Below are positions 25,701 through 35,512 of a stretch of DNA of 57,091 nt, piece by piece. Each line of letters begins with the position of its first letter. Position 1 is the stretch's first letter. Source of the stretch: an uncultured bacterium (lineage in GTDB: Bacteria > Patescibacteriota > Minisyncoccia > UBA9983); assembly GCA_913009575.1 (NCBI GenBank), contig CAJVWH010000001.1, positions 1 to 57,091 of the forward strand. The letters run 5' to 3'. The notes beneath the pieces were generated by a model. That model ran no database searches, was not told the DNA's origin, and saw only the letters and a program-made list of their open reading frames with translations. Both the position numbers and the translations under genes were made by a program.

Positions 25701-25747
25701 AAAATGATACGGTTTTTCTGCTATCGCCTGATTTTTGTATCATTTTT
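25701..25747 (+). repeat. Hairpin repeat R2
   Basis: aaaatgatacggtttttctGCTATCGCctgatttttgtatcattttt, 8 nt after the stop of the PaaX/Cas2-like gene. Confidence 0.9.
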
Positions 25748-25788
25748 CAATCAAACTGTTTTTTATTGTTATTTTATTTTTAGAAATG

Positions 25789-25797
25789 TGTTATACT
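25789..25797 (+). promoter_or_regulatory. Extended -10 element (TGtTATACT) of fba, leaderless geometry
   Basis: The -10 ends 7 nt before the ATG at 25805. Confidence 0.4.
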
Positions 25798-25804
25798 AAA
25801 AGCA

Positions 25805-26671
25805 ATGAATAAAAACAATTTAAACGGGGTTTTGGCGGAAGCGACGAGCGGGCATTGGTCAACCGGGCATTTTAACATTTCCAATTTGGAGCAGTTCAGG
25901 GCCATTATGGAGGCGTCAAAGGCGGTTGGCGCGCCGATGGCGATGATAGGGTTGTCGGAAGGGGAAAGGAAGTTTGTCGGGTTGAAGCAGGCGGTCGCCC
26001 TTGGGCGCGCCTTTGAGGAGGAGTATGAAATGCCGGTTTTCATAAATCCGGACCATTCGCATTCCGTGGAAGCGGCCAAGGCAGCGTTTGACGCCGGATT
26101 CAATTCTGTCCATGTTGATTTGTCAAAACTGCCGTTTGAGGAAAATTCGGCGGGAACGCGCGAGGTGGTTGATTACGTGAAATCAAAAAATCCGGATGTT
26201 TCGGTGGAGGGAGAGTTGGGATATTTACGCGGAGATTCGATAATTCAGAAAGAAGTTATTGAAATTAAGCTTGAAGATTTAACAAAACCGGAAGAAGCGG
26301 CGGAATTCGTAGAAAAAACCGGTATAGACCGTTTTTCCGGCGCATACGGCAATATTCACGGCATCGCCGCCAATGAGCCGAAAATTGACATAGAAAGAAT
26401 CAAGTCCATCAGAAAAATTTTGCCGGAAAATGTTTTTCTTGTTCTGCACGGCGGCTCGGGAATCACCAACGGAGATATGAGGAAGGCGATTGAGGCCGGT
26501 ATCGCCAATATTCACATCAATACGGAAATTCGGGTGGCTTACACCGAGGCGCTGCGAAAAGCGCTGGCGGACAATCCGGAACAGGTCGTTCCTTACAAAA
26601 TTTTCCCGCCGGTCGTTGAGGCGGTAAAACAAAAGGTTGAAGAAAAATTACAACTTTTTAATAATAAATAA
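25805..26671 (+). CDS. fba: Class II fructose-bisphosphate aldolase family protein
   Basis: 288 aa. Class II aldolase TIM-barrel pattern (NPDHSHS, SVHVDLS, EGELG, LVLHGGSG). Confidence 0.88.
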   Translation: MNKNNLNGVLAEATSGHWSTGHFNISNLEQFRAIMEASKAVGAPMAMIGLSEGERKFVGLKQAVALGRAFEEEYEMPVFINPDHSHSVEAAKAAFDAGFNSVHVDLSKLPFEENSAGTREVVDYVKSKNPDVSVEGELGYLRGDSIIQKEVIEIKLEDLTKPEEAAEFVEKTGIDRFSGAYGNIHGIAANEPKIDIERIKSIRKILPENVFLVLHGGSGITNGDMRKAIEAGIANIHINTEIRVAYTEALRKALADNPEQVVPYKIFPPVVEAVKQKVEEKLQLFNNK

Positions 26672-26673
26672 TT

Positions 26674-27639
26674 ATGAAAATATACATTACGAGGAAAATT
26701 CCTGAATCGGGAATAAATAAATTAAAAGAAAAGGGATATGAAATTGACATCAATCCCGAAGACAAGGTTCTTTCCAAGGAGGAATTACTTGAAGCGTTGA
26801 AGCAAAAGCCGTATGACGCGGTTTTGTGTCTGCTGACGGACAAGATTGACGGGGAGGTTTTTGACGCCGCTCCAAACGCGAAAATTTTCGCCAACTACGC
26901 GGTCGGCTACAACAACATAGATTTGGACGCGGCGAGAGAAAAGGGAGTAATGATAGGAAACACTCCGGGAGTTCTTACGGAAACGGTGGCGGAATATACA
27001 TTTACCCTTTTGCTCGCCATCGCCCACAGGGTGGTGGAAGCGGACAAATTCACGAGGGCCGGAAAATACGAAGGATGGGCGCCGATGCTTCTGTTGGGAA
27101 CCGATTTGTCAAATAAAACTCTCGGCATTGTCGGGCTGGGAAGAATCGGCTCAAGGGTGGCTTCTCACGCCGTAAAAGGATTTGGAATGAAGGTTCTTTA
27201 TTACGATGTAAAAAGGAATGAGGATTTTGAAAAAGAATACGGGGCTGAATTCCGCGAGAGCGTTGAAGGGGTGATGAAAGACGCGGATTTTGTTTCAGTT
27301 CATGTTCCTCTTTTGGAGAGCACCAAGCGTCTCATCAATAAAGAACGATTTGCCGCGATGAAGCCGACCGCCTTTTTCGTGAACACCTCGCGCGGACAGG
27401 TTGTTGATGAGAACGCGTTGGTTGAGGCGTTAAAAAGCAAGACAATAAAAGGCGCCGCCATAGATGTGTATGAAAACGAACCGGAATTGGCGCCCGGGCT
27501 GGCGGAGCTGGACAATGTTATAATCACCCCGCACATCGCTTCGGCGACCGAAGAAACTCGTTCCAAAATGTCCGATTTGGCGGCGGAAAACGTTATTGCG
27601 GCTTTGGAGGGAGGAACGCCTCCGCACTTGGTTAAGTAA
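26674..27639 (+). CDS. D-isomer-specific 2-hydroxyacid dehydrogenase (glyoxylate/hydroxypyruvate reductase-like)
   Basis: 321 aa. NAD fold GIVGLGRIGSRVA, catalytic R/E/H context (NTSRG, DVYENEP, TPHIASAT). Confidence 0.88.
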   Translation: MKIYITRKIPESGINKLKEKGYEIDINPEDKVLSKEELLEALKQKPYDAVLCLLTDKIDGEVFDAAPNAKIFANYAVGYNNIDLDAAREKGVMIGNTPGVLTETVAEYTFTLLLAIAHRVVEADKFTRAGKYEGWAPMLLLGTDLSNKTLGIVGLGRIGSRVASHAVKGFGMKVLYYDVKRNEDFEKEYGAEFRESVEGVMKDADFVSVHVPLLESTKRLINKERFAAMKPTAFFVNTSRGQVVDENALVEALKSKTIKGAAIDVYENEPELAPGLAELDNVIITPHIASATEETRSKMSDLAAENVIAALEGGTPPHLVK

Positions 27640-27660
27640 AGACCTCGCGTTTATTCATTA

Positions 27661-27689
27661 AAAAACTCCGCGTTAACGCGGAGTTTTTT
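27661..27689. terminator. Bidirectional intrinsic terminator
   Basis: aaaaaCTCCGCG-ttaa-CGCGGAGtttttt lies between convergent genes, with an A-tract and a T-tract flanking a GC stem. Confidence 0.75.
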
Positions 27690-27740
27690 AATTGTTTTGG
27701 TCTCGCTTAGTTGGTTTGCCGGGGAATTTTTTTGAATATT

Positions 27741-29546
27741 TTAAAATTTATAAATGAAAATTGAGGTGCCGACACGCGCCACGGGTCTTTTTCCCTTAAG
27801 CCATGAATAAGTGTCTTCTTTTCTTAATTTGAATCCCTTTTCGGGTTCTGCCATTGCTCTTTGTGAAAGCGTTACTGATACTCCAAACCATCCCTTCGGC
27901 TTTCCTCGGGATGACCGCCATGGTTCAAATTTGTTCCCCAGATAATAACTTGGTTCGCCCTCGCCAAAATAATCAAGGGAGATTTTTTTAATGTCATTTC
28001 TATCAACAAAATCTTTTAATCTTTTCAGGTCTTGCCCCCAATCATAATTGGAGCCAACCGCAATTTTATAGCCGTTTTCAGTTCCACCGGTGATTACATT
28101 ATAATAGGAAAGATAATATGGAAAAGCAATAAGAGTTGAAATAAACATCCACGCTAGAAGCGCAAAAAGAATTGATTGTTTTTCCAAGGATTTTAATAAT
28201 TTTGTTAAAAAGTTTTTTATTTGCTCAAAAATAGAGTGGGGTTCTTCAAGGTGGAAAGTTTGGCTCCATTTGATTATTTCTCTGGACACCAGAAAATAAA
28301 TGAATGGTAATGTCGGCAAAATATACCTTACTCCCATGTCCAAACGGCTGATTATTGCCTGAGACCAGTAAACAAGGATAAAAACCATACTCGCGGTAAT
28401 GGCAAAATTTCCCTGTGCCCATTCTATCGCGGAGCGCAGGCATTTTTCTTTTGCTGCGATAATATTTTTAACGGCGAAAATCAAAGCGATTAGAGCAAGT
28501 AGAAGAAAGCCAGATGATTCTTTGGCGGCATATACGACAGGTAAATAACTATACCATCCCGACGTGGAGATTGTTCCCATAAAGTAACTTATATTGCTTT
28601 CATTCACTCTTTGCGCCGCCACCGAAATTCCCAAAAAATACTGCCCAAGCGCCCTAAAAACCGGCTTATTTGAAAGCCATACGGTTAAATCGGCAGCTGG
28701 CCTAAAACTGGAGGAATGTAGAAGCGCGTAAGTATCTTTCATTTGCCTTTCCACTGGATAATTCATTATATGAAATTGATAAACGGGCCAAACAATCAGC
28801 ACACTGACAACGCCTATAAGCAGAAGTTTGCCGAGCATTCTTAAAGAATATTTGATTATCTTTTTGGCATCTCCATAGTTTTCAAAAACGACCCATAAGA
28901 TTGCAAGGATAAAATAAATCGGGACAAGAAGAATAATTGAAAATTTTAAAAGTTGGACAACTCCCAAAATTAACCCCGCGATAATTAAATTTTTTCTTGT
29001 TTGATTTTTGAGAAAATTAACAAAAGACGCGATTCCGATAAAAAAGCCAAAACTTGCCACAAGGTCTGTCGTGGCATATCGGGAATGGGCTATTATCACG
29101 GGTGACATGGAATAGAAAAAAAGCGTGAGAAGACCCACTTTGTTGCCATAGAGGGATCTGGCCCATTTAAACAAGAGCCATCCGAAAAAGAGAGCCAAAA
29201 GCATAATGGGAAAACGGGCGAAGTGCAGAATTTTATCAGGGTCGTTTCCGGATTCATATAAAAAAACTTTGCCCTCTTTCCATTGTCCGTTTATGGCGGT
29301 TGTCCAAGCGGGAATGTTTGTTGGAAATTTAAGATTGAGAAAAAGAAGCGGAAAGGCCGCTAAATCTTTTATGAGGGGAGGATTTTCGGGATTAAGTCTG
29401 TAATCTCTCCGGCTGAGATATGAATATCCGGCGGTGATATTGTTTTTTTCATTAAACGTGGCTGATTCGTTCCACGAGGAAAAAAACATTAAAATAAACA
29501 TAACGGATAATAACGAAATGACAAAAATTTTTGTTATCTTATCCAT
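27741..29546 (-). CDS. Glycosyltransferase family 39 (ArnT/PMT-like) integral membrane protein
   Basis: 601 aa. More than 10 TM helices and an N-terminal loop with the acidic motif region typical of GT-C/PMT_2 enzymes. Large C-terminal soluble domain. Confidence 0.75.
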   Translation of the reverse strand: MDKITKIFVISLLSVMFILMFFSSWNESATFNEKNNITAGYSYLSRRDYRLNPENPPLIKDLAAFPLLFLNLKFPTNIPAWTTAINGQWKEGKVFLYESGNDPDKILHFARFPIMLLALFFGWLLFKWARSLYGNKVGLLTLFFYSMSPVIIAHSRYATTDLVASFGFFIGIASFVNFLKNQTRKNLIIAGLILGVVQLLKFSIILLVPIYFILAILWVVFENYGDAKKIIKYSLRMLGKLLLIGVVSVLIVWPVYQFHIMNYPVERQMKDTYALLHSSSFRPAADLTVWLSNKPVFRALGQYFLGISVAAQRVNESNISYFMGTISTSGWYSYLPVVYAAKESSGFLLLALIALIFAVKNIIAAKEKCLRSAIEWAQGNFAITASMVFILVYWSQAIISRLDMGVRYILPTLPFIYFLVSREIIKWSQTFHLEEPHSIFEQIKNFLTKLLKSLEKQSILFALLAWMFISTLIAFPYYLSYYNVITGGTENGYKIAVGSNYDWGQDLKRLKDFVDRNDIKKISLDYFGEGEPSYYLGNKFEPWRSSRGKPKGWFGVSVTLSQRAMAEPEKGFKLRKEDTYSWLKGKRPVARVGTSIFIYKF

Positions 29547-29614
29547 ATTTTTAACATTTTACCATAAAATTCACTTTTTGTTGTTTTTGCAGCCAGACGG
29601 GGTATAATATTGAT

Positions 29615-32377
29615 ATGAGGAGTGAAAACAGAATTGGATCACCGGAAGAAGAAATCGCCAAGTTGAAGCAAAAAATTTTTGAATTGAAAGGAAAATCTTC
29701 GGGCAAAGAATTGCAGGGAAGAATCAAAGAAACAATAAAGAAACATTCTGAAAAAAAACCGGAGCAATTTTTAACCGACAAATACCGAATTTCCGCGGAA
29801 GAAACGAAGGAGCGCGCCAATCAGCTTAAAAACATTGATTTTGAAACCGAAGAAAAAAAACACCAAGCGCAAATTGTAGGTCTTCTTCAGATTGTCCAAA
29901 ACAAGGGCGTTCTCAATGCCGTTTCTGTAGCGAAAAGACTTGAAGATGTCCACCTTGAGGATGATTTTCACGACGCTTTGGTAAAATACCTGTCCACGGC
30001 CGTAACTCCGGTTTCCGAAGCCGAGGTCGGAGGCGGGTTCGGGCGCGGCAAGCGGATAAAAAAGGCGCTCAATTTTATACTTTTTGAAATAACTCTTCCT
30101 CAGGAAAAGCCGAACGAGAAGACGGAAGAAAGAGCGGGACGCCATAAAGAATTGATCGCCGTGATGGAGCAATTTTATTCGGGAATGTCGGCCCTCGGCT
30201 CATACTTTGCGCTTGAAGTCGGCCTCCCTTTTTCCGGCGACGAAGTCGTTTTTTATTGCGCGGTGCCAAGAGACAAAGCGAATCTTTTTGAGAAACAGCT
30301 GCAGGGGTTGTATCCGTCCGCAAAGATTGAAGTTAAAAAAGATGATTATAACATTTTCAAGCCGGAGGGATTTTCCTCCGGTTCAATCGTAAAATTAAAA
30401 AGAAACGCGATTTTACCCATTAAAACTTATGATAAATTTGGATCTGATCCGATACAGGTTATCCTGAACACATTTTCAAAATTGGAAAAAGACGGCGAGG
30501 GTGCGGCGTTTCAAATCATAATTTCTCCCGGTGGAGGCGGCCTTGCCGGCAAGGCGAAAAAAATCGCCCTAAAAATGCGCGATGGCAAATCTTTTTCCGA
30601 GGCTGTCGGCTCCGATAAAAATATTATTGAATCGGTGTTCGGCGCGCTCAGGGAATTGTTTTTCGGTTCCTCTGAAAAGGAAAAATCCGGCGAAAACAAA
30701 CCCAAGCCGGTAAATGAAAAGACCGTTAAACTTTTGGAAGAAAAAGCGTCGCGGCCGGCAATGATGTCAAATATTCGCCTGCTTGTTTCTTCAAGCCAAA
30801 GCAGAGAAAAAGCCGAATCAATATTGAGCGAGCTTGAGAGCGCTTTTCTGCAGTTTGAAGAGACGCAGGGCAACGCTTTTTATTTCAGCAGGCCGAAGCG
30901 CGGAAAACTGCGGAAACTTTTTTATAATTTTTCCTTTAGGATTCCAAAAAAGAAAAATATGATTCCTCTTAATATTGCCGAACTTGCGACCGTTTTTCAT
31001 TTTCCCTCTGGCATTACGGCGGTTTCCGCTCCCCAGCTCAAATACGTGAAAACAAAAGAATCATCTCCCCCGTTAAATTTGCCGCAATCGGGGCTTTTGC
31101 TCGGCAAAAATATTTACCGCGGCGAAGAGAGGCCGATATACATGAAAGAAGGGGACAGACGGAGGCATTTTTATATAATTGGACAAACCGGCACGGGCAA
31201 GTCCGTTTTAATCAAGAATATGATCACGCAGGATATTGAGGCCGGCAGAGGATGCTGTTTTATTGACCCGCACGGCTCCGACTTGCAGGATATTCTCGCA
31301 CGCATTCCCGAAGAGCGCGCCGAGGATGTAATTTATTTTAACCCCGGAGATACGGCGCGTCCGATGGGCCTGAATATGCTGGAGTACGATACGCGTTACC
31401 CTGAGCAAAAGAGTTTTATAGTGGATGAATTACTCGGAATATTCAATAAGCTTTTTGATATGAAGACAGCGGGCGGGCCAATGTTTGAGCAATACTTTAG
31501 AAATTCAGTTATGCTCGTGATGGATGATCCCGATTCAGGAAACACCCTTTTTGAAGTAAGCAGGATTTTGAGCGACAAAGAATTCCGCAATTACAAACTT
31601 TCGCGTTCGCGCAATCCAATCATAAAAACTTTCTGGAAGGAGGTGGCGGAAAAGGCGGGAGGAGAAGCGGCACTCGCCAATATGGTTCCTTATATTACCA
31701 GCAAATTTGACAATTTTTTGGGCAATGACATTATGCGTCCCATAATCGGACAAGAAAAATCCAGCTTTAATTTCAGGCAAGTTATGGATGAGGGAAAAAT
31801 TCTACTGATAAACCTTTCTAAGGGGAGGCTTGGAGAATTGAACGCCAACCTTATCGGCCTGATTGTTGTCGGCAAACTTCTGATGGCTTCTCTTTCGCGT
31901 GTTGATACACCCGAGGAAAAGCGTAGAGATTTTTATCTCTATATTGATGAGTTTCAAAATGTTACCACCAGTTCTATAGCCACCATTCTTTCAGAGGCAA
32001 GGAAATACAAACTTAATTTCACCATCGCTCACCAATTTATCGGACAACTTGAAGAAAATATCAATAAGGCGGTTTTTGGCAATGTCGGTTCAATATGCTC
32101 TTTCAGAGTGGGAGCAGAAGATGCTGAATTTCTGGAAAAACAATTTGAACCGGTGTTTAATTCACATGACTTAGTCAATATTGACAACTATAACGCCTAC
32201 CTGAAAATTTTGGTTGACAATTATGTGTCAAGACCGTTCAATATTCAAACTCTGCCTTTTCAAAAAGGCGATCCTGTTTTGGGCGAAAAAATCGCCGATA
32301 TTTCCTCTATTAAATACGGCCGCCCGCGCAAGGAGGTGGAAAACGAGATAAATAAGAGATATGATAAAGATGTATGA
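29615..32377 (+). CDS. TraD/VirD4/TraG-like (FtsK-HerA superfamily) P-loop NTPase with a ~480-aa uncharacterised N-terminal region
   Basis: 920 aa. The C-terminal half has RRHFYIIGQTGTGKS (Walker A), CCFIDPHG, FYLYIDEFQNV (Walker B) and TIAHQFIGQL, as in T4SS coupling proteins. I cannot assign the N-terminal half. Confidence 0.65.
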   Translation: MRSENRIGSPEEEIAKLKQKIFELKGKSSGKELQGRIKETIKKHSEKKPEQFLTDKYRISAEETKERANQLKNIDFETEEKKHQAQIVGLLQIVQNKGVLNAVSVAKRLEDVHLEDDFHDALVKYLSTAVTPVSEAEVGGGFGRGKRIKKALNFILFEITLPQEKPNEKTEERAGRHKELIAVMEQFYSGMSALGSYFALEVGLPFSGDEVVFYCAVPRDKANLFEKQLQGLYPSAKIEVKKDDYNIFKPEGFSSGSIVKLKRNAILPIKTYDKFGSDPIQVILNTFSKLEKDGEGAAFQIIISPGGGGLAGKAKKIALKMRDGKSFSEAVGSDKNIIESVFGALRELFFGSSEKEKSGENKPKPVNEKTVKLLEEKASRPAMMSNIRLLVSSSQSREKAESILSELESAFLQFEETQGNAFYFSRPKRGKLRKLFYNFSFRIPKKKNMIPLNIAELATVFHFPSGITAVSAPQLKYVKTKESSPPLNLPQSGLLLGKNIYRGEERPIYMKEGDRRRHFYIIGQTGTGKSVLIKNMITQDIEAGRGCCFIDPHGSDLQDILARIPEERAEDVIYFNPGDTARPMGLNMLEYDTRYPEQKSFIVDELLGIFNKLFDMKTAGGPMFEQYFRNSVMLVMDDPDSGNTLFEVSRILSDKEFRNYKLSRSRNPIIKTFWKEVAEKAGGEAALANMVPYITSKFDNFLGNDIMRPIIGQEKSSFNFRQVMDEGKILLINLSKGRLGELNANLIGLIVVGKLLMASLSRVDTPEEKRRDFYLYIDEFQNVTTSSIATILSEARKYKLNFTIAHQFIGQLEENINKAVFGNVGSICSFRVGAEDAEFLEKQFEPVFNSHDLVNIDNYNAYLKILVDNYVSRPFNIQTLPFQKGDPVLGEKIADISSIKYGRPRKEVENEINKRYDKDV

Positions 32378-32392
32378 AAGTAATTAAAATTT

Positions 32393-33958
32393 ATGGCCCA
32401 TTACGATGTTATAATTAAAAATGGGACGGTATTTGACGGCAAGGGTAATAAGCCGGAAAATATTGATATTGGCATTGCCGGTGAAAATATCAAAAAAGTT
32501 GGTGATTTAACGGGCGTATCGGCGGACAAGGTTATTGACGCCAAGGAAAAATATGTCTGTCCGGGCTTTATTGACTTGACCAGCCATTCCGACACCTACT
32601 GGACTCTTTTTGCTTATCCATCACAAGAGAGCCTAATAAGGCAGGGGATAACCACTATTCTTGGCGGCAATTGCGGTTCTTCTCTCGCTCCATTGGTTGG
32701 TGAGCAAAATTTGAAAATTATGGGAGGGCAAGCCGGCGCTTTGAAGGCCAACATAAACTGGCAAAGTCTGGATGAATTTTTTTCCGAATTAAAAAGGCGA
32801 AAGATTGGGGTAAATTTTGCCACTTTGGTCGGACTTAAAACGTTATTTGATTCATCGGGAGAAGATTTTAAACAGACTCAATTTTTACTGGAAAAATCTT
32901 TGGATGAAGGCGCGTTTGGGCTTTCAACAAATCTCGGGATAATGCGAAAAAATGGATTTTTTAGGGATAGATTGGAGGATTTATTCAAAATTGTTGCCAA
33001 AAATGGCGGAATAACAAAACATCATTTGGAAGATGAGAGTAAAAACATACTACCGTCCGTTTCTTTCCTTATTCAAAAATCAAGAATTTCCGGTGCGCCT
33101 CTTCATATTTCCCATTTCAAAGTTCTTGGGAAAAATTCATGGTCGTTTTTTGAAGCAGTCTTGAATATGATTAACAATACGCGCAAAGAAGGAATTGCTT
33201 TGAGTGTTGATTTTTTTCCTTATGAACGGACGGGCTCAGACCTTTTTATGCTTTTGCCCGCATGGCTGAAAAGGATGAATAGAAAAGAAATAATGGAAAT
33301 TCTCAGTTCAGGTCCCGAGAAAAACGAAAAGAGAAAAGAGGTAATAGAACATTTAAAAAATCTTACCCTTCACTATGATAAAATTATTATTGCCTCTTCT
33401 TGGCATGGCGCCAATGACACAGGAAAGACAATACTGGAAATAAGCGAATTAACCGAACTAAACCCGGAAGAAGTTATTTTGAATTTATTAAAAATTAACG
33501 AACTTCACGTTTCCATTTTTAGCGAAGTTATTTCTATGGAGCACATTAAAAAATTGGCGGCAGAAAAATATTCCGTGATTGCTTCTGATGGAGCGGGTTA
33601 TGATTTTTCCATAAAGACAAAAAATTTACCTCATCCGCGCTCTTTTGGCGCCTTTCCGCGCGCCATGAGGTTATTCGTTAAAGAGAGCGGATTGTTAAAA
33701 TGGGAAGAGATGATTTATAAAATGTCAGGATTGCCGGCAAGCATAATAAATTTAAAAGACAGAGGTGTTATTGCGAAAAATAATAAAGCGGATATAATTG
33801 TATTCAACCCAGAAGAGATTTCTGATTATGCGACTTATAAAAACCCCTTTCAATATTCAAAGGGAGTGGAATATGTTTTGATTAACGGAAAAATCGTCTT
33901 GAGTGACAGCCTTTTGATGGGAAAATTCGCCGGGCAAGTTTTATCCCGAATCTCTTAA
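32393..33958 (+). CDS. Amidohydrolase, N-acyl-D-amino-acid deacylase (D-aminoacylase) family
   Basis: 521 aa. N-terminal beta-sandwich (DVIIKNGTVFDG...CPGFIDLTSHSD) and a TIM-barrel amidohydrolase body. The first His of the usual HxH metal motif is not conserved (T-S-H). Confidence 0.75.
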   Translation: MAHYDVIIKNGTVFDGKGNKPENIDIGIAGENIKKVGDLTGVSADKVIDAKEKYVCPGFIDLTSHSDTYWTLFAYPSQESLIRQGITTILGGNCGSSLAPLVGEQNLKIMGGQAGALKANINWQSLDEFFSELKRRKIGVNFATLVGLKTLFDSSGEDFKQTQFLLEKSLDEGAFGLSTNLGIMRKNGFFRDRLEDLFKIVAKNGGITKHHLEDESKNILPSVSFLIQKSRISGAPLHISHFKVLGKNSWSFFEAVLNMINNTRKEGIALSVDFFPYERTGSDLFMLLPAWLKRMNRKEIMEILSSGPEKNEKRKEVIEHLKNLTLHYDKIIIASSWHGANDTGKTILEISELTELNPEEVILNLLKINELHVSIFSEVISMEHIKKLAAEKYSVIASDGAGYDFSIKTKNLPHPRSFGAFPRAMRLFVKESGLLKWEEMIYKMSGLPASIINLKDRGVIAKNNKADIIVFNPEEISDYATYKNPFQYSKGVEYVLINGKIVLSDSLLMGKFAGQVLSRIS

Positions 33959-33991
33959 GGCAGAATATCTGACAAATTTCAAAAAAGAGAG

Positions 33992-34351
33992 ATGATATAT
34001 AAATCCAATTCTGTTGGGAATGAAATAACATGCATTATGTACGGCATTAAAGATGTCGTTTTGAATGATGTTAAATTTCTCGAAAAATATCTGTTGGGTT
34101 GCGCCAAAGAGGAAAATTTTAAGATTTTGGATAAAATTTCCCATAAATTTAAACCACACGGCTTCACCGCAATTCTCTTGGTTCAAGAATCTCACATTGC
34201 CATCCATACTTACCCTGAATATAATTGTCTGGTTTTTAATATTTATTCTTGCCGTGACTGGAAAGACGGCAGAAAGGCGGTAGAATTTTTTAAAAAAGCG
34301 GTTAATCCCGCTAAAGTTAGTTTTCGTGAAAATAGAGTGGAGATAAATTAA
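33992..34351 (+). CDS. speH: S-adenosylmethionine decarboxylase proenzyme (small bacterial/archaeal type)
   Basis: 119 aa with the self-cleavage/pyruvoyl motif ESHIAIHTYPE. Confidence 0.85.
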   Translation: MIYKSNSVGNEITCIMYGIKDVVLNDVKFLEKYLLGCAKEENFKILDKISHKFKPHGFTAILLVQESHIAIHTYPEYNCLVFNIYSCRDWKDGRKAVEFFKKAVNPAKVSFRENRVEIN

Positions 34352-34392
34352 ATATACATCATCCCGCCCTATTTATGCTACAATAATGTTTA

Positions 34393-35493
34393 ATGAAGCA
34401 GAATGCGAATTATGACAAGCCCTTTTTGTGGATTGTCGGAGTTTTGGTTTTGGCGGGGATTTTTATTCTTGCTTCTGCGTCGCTGGGGCTTTTGACGAGA
34501 AAAGGAGCTAATTTTTTTGATGTTATTTTTCGTCAGATTGTCTTGGGTTTTGGGTTGGGCGGGGTTTTACTTTGGGCGGGCAGTAAAATTAATTACAGAA
34601 ATTGGAAAAAATTCGCTTTACCTCTTTTTCTTTTTTCCTTCCTTCTCACACTTTTGGTTTTTGAACCACATCTTGGCTTTAAGTATGCCGGCGCCAGGCG
34701 ATGGTTGTCATTGGGGGGTTTTTCTTTCCAACCATCAGAACTTTTGAAATTCGGGCTTGTTATTTATCTTGCATCTTGGATAAGTTCGCGCGGAAAAAAT
34801 ATTGGCTCTTTAAAATTCGGCTTTATTCCTTTTCTTATTATCACCGCTTTCACAGGAATTCTTCTTATTTTGGAGCCTGATTTGGGTACTCTCGGCATTA
34901 TTGCCGTAACTGCTCTTGCGATGTTTTTCATGGGAGGAGGAAAATTAAGCCAAATCGCCGTCACGATTTTCCTTGGAATTGTTTTATTATACGTTTTGGT
35001 TTTGATAAAACCTCACGCGATGTCTCGTGTTCTTGTGTTTTTTAACCCTTCTTTTGACCCTCTCGGAATTGGTTATCAGGTTCACCAGTCATTGATTGCC
35101 ATCGGTTCGGGAAGGATTTTTGGCAGGGGGTTCGGTATGAGCATTCAAAAATTCAATTATCTTCCGGAACCGATAGGGGATTCCATTTTTGCCGTTTTTG
35201 CGGAAGAATTCGGTTTTGTTGGAAGTATATTTTTAATCCTTCTTTTTTTGGCTTTTCTTTATAGGGGGTTTTTGATTGTTTCCCGCTCAGTAGATCCTTT
35301 CGCTAGACTACTTGGTGCGGGAATTGTTATACTTGTAGTGGGCCAATCATTCGTTAATATTGCTTCAATGGTGGGCATTACGCCATTAACCGGTTTACCG
35401 TTGATTTTTGTAAGCCAAGGCGGGTCTGCTTTGGCAATAACTTTAGCGGAAATTGGAGTATTGCTTAATATTTCAAAATATAGCAGGCATTAA
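34393..35493 (+). CDS. ftsW: FtsW/RodA/SpoVE (SEDS) family peptidoglycan polymerase
   Basis: 366 aa, ~10 TM. SEDS motifs (QPSELLKF, EPDLGT, GIGYQVHQS, PEPIGDSIFA, GLPLIFVSQGGS). Followed by murG. Confidence 0.9.
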   Translation: MKQNANYDKPFLWIVGVLVLAGIFILASASLGLLTRKGANFFDVIFRQIVLGFGLGGVLLWAGSKINYRNWKKFALPLFLFSFLLTLLVFEPHLGFKYAGARRWLSLGGFSFQPSELLKFGLVIYLASWISSRGKNIGSLKFGFIPFLIITAFTGILLILEPDLGTLGIIAVTALAMFFMGGGKLSQIAVTIFLGIVLLYVLVLIKPHAMSRVLVFFNPSFDPLGIGYQVHQSLIAIGSGRIFGRGFGMSIQKFNYLPEPIGDSIFAVFAEEFGFVGSIFLILLFLAFLYRGFLIVSRSVDPFARLLGAGIVILVVGQSFVNIASMVGITPLTGLPLIFVSQGGSALAITLAEIGVLLNISKYSRH

Positions 35494-35512
35494 TTAATTA
35501 TTTTTTAAAATT

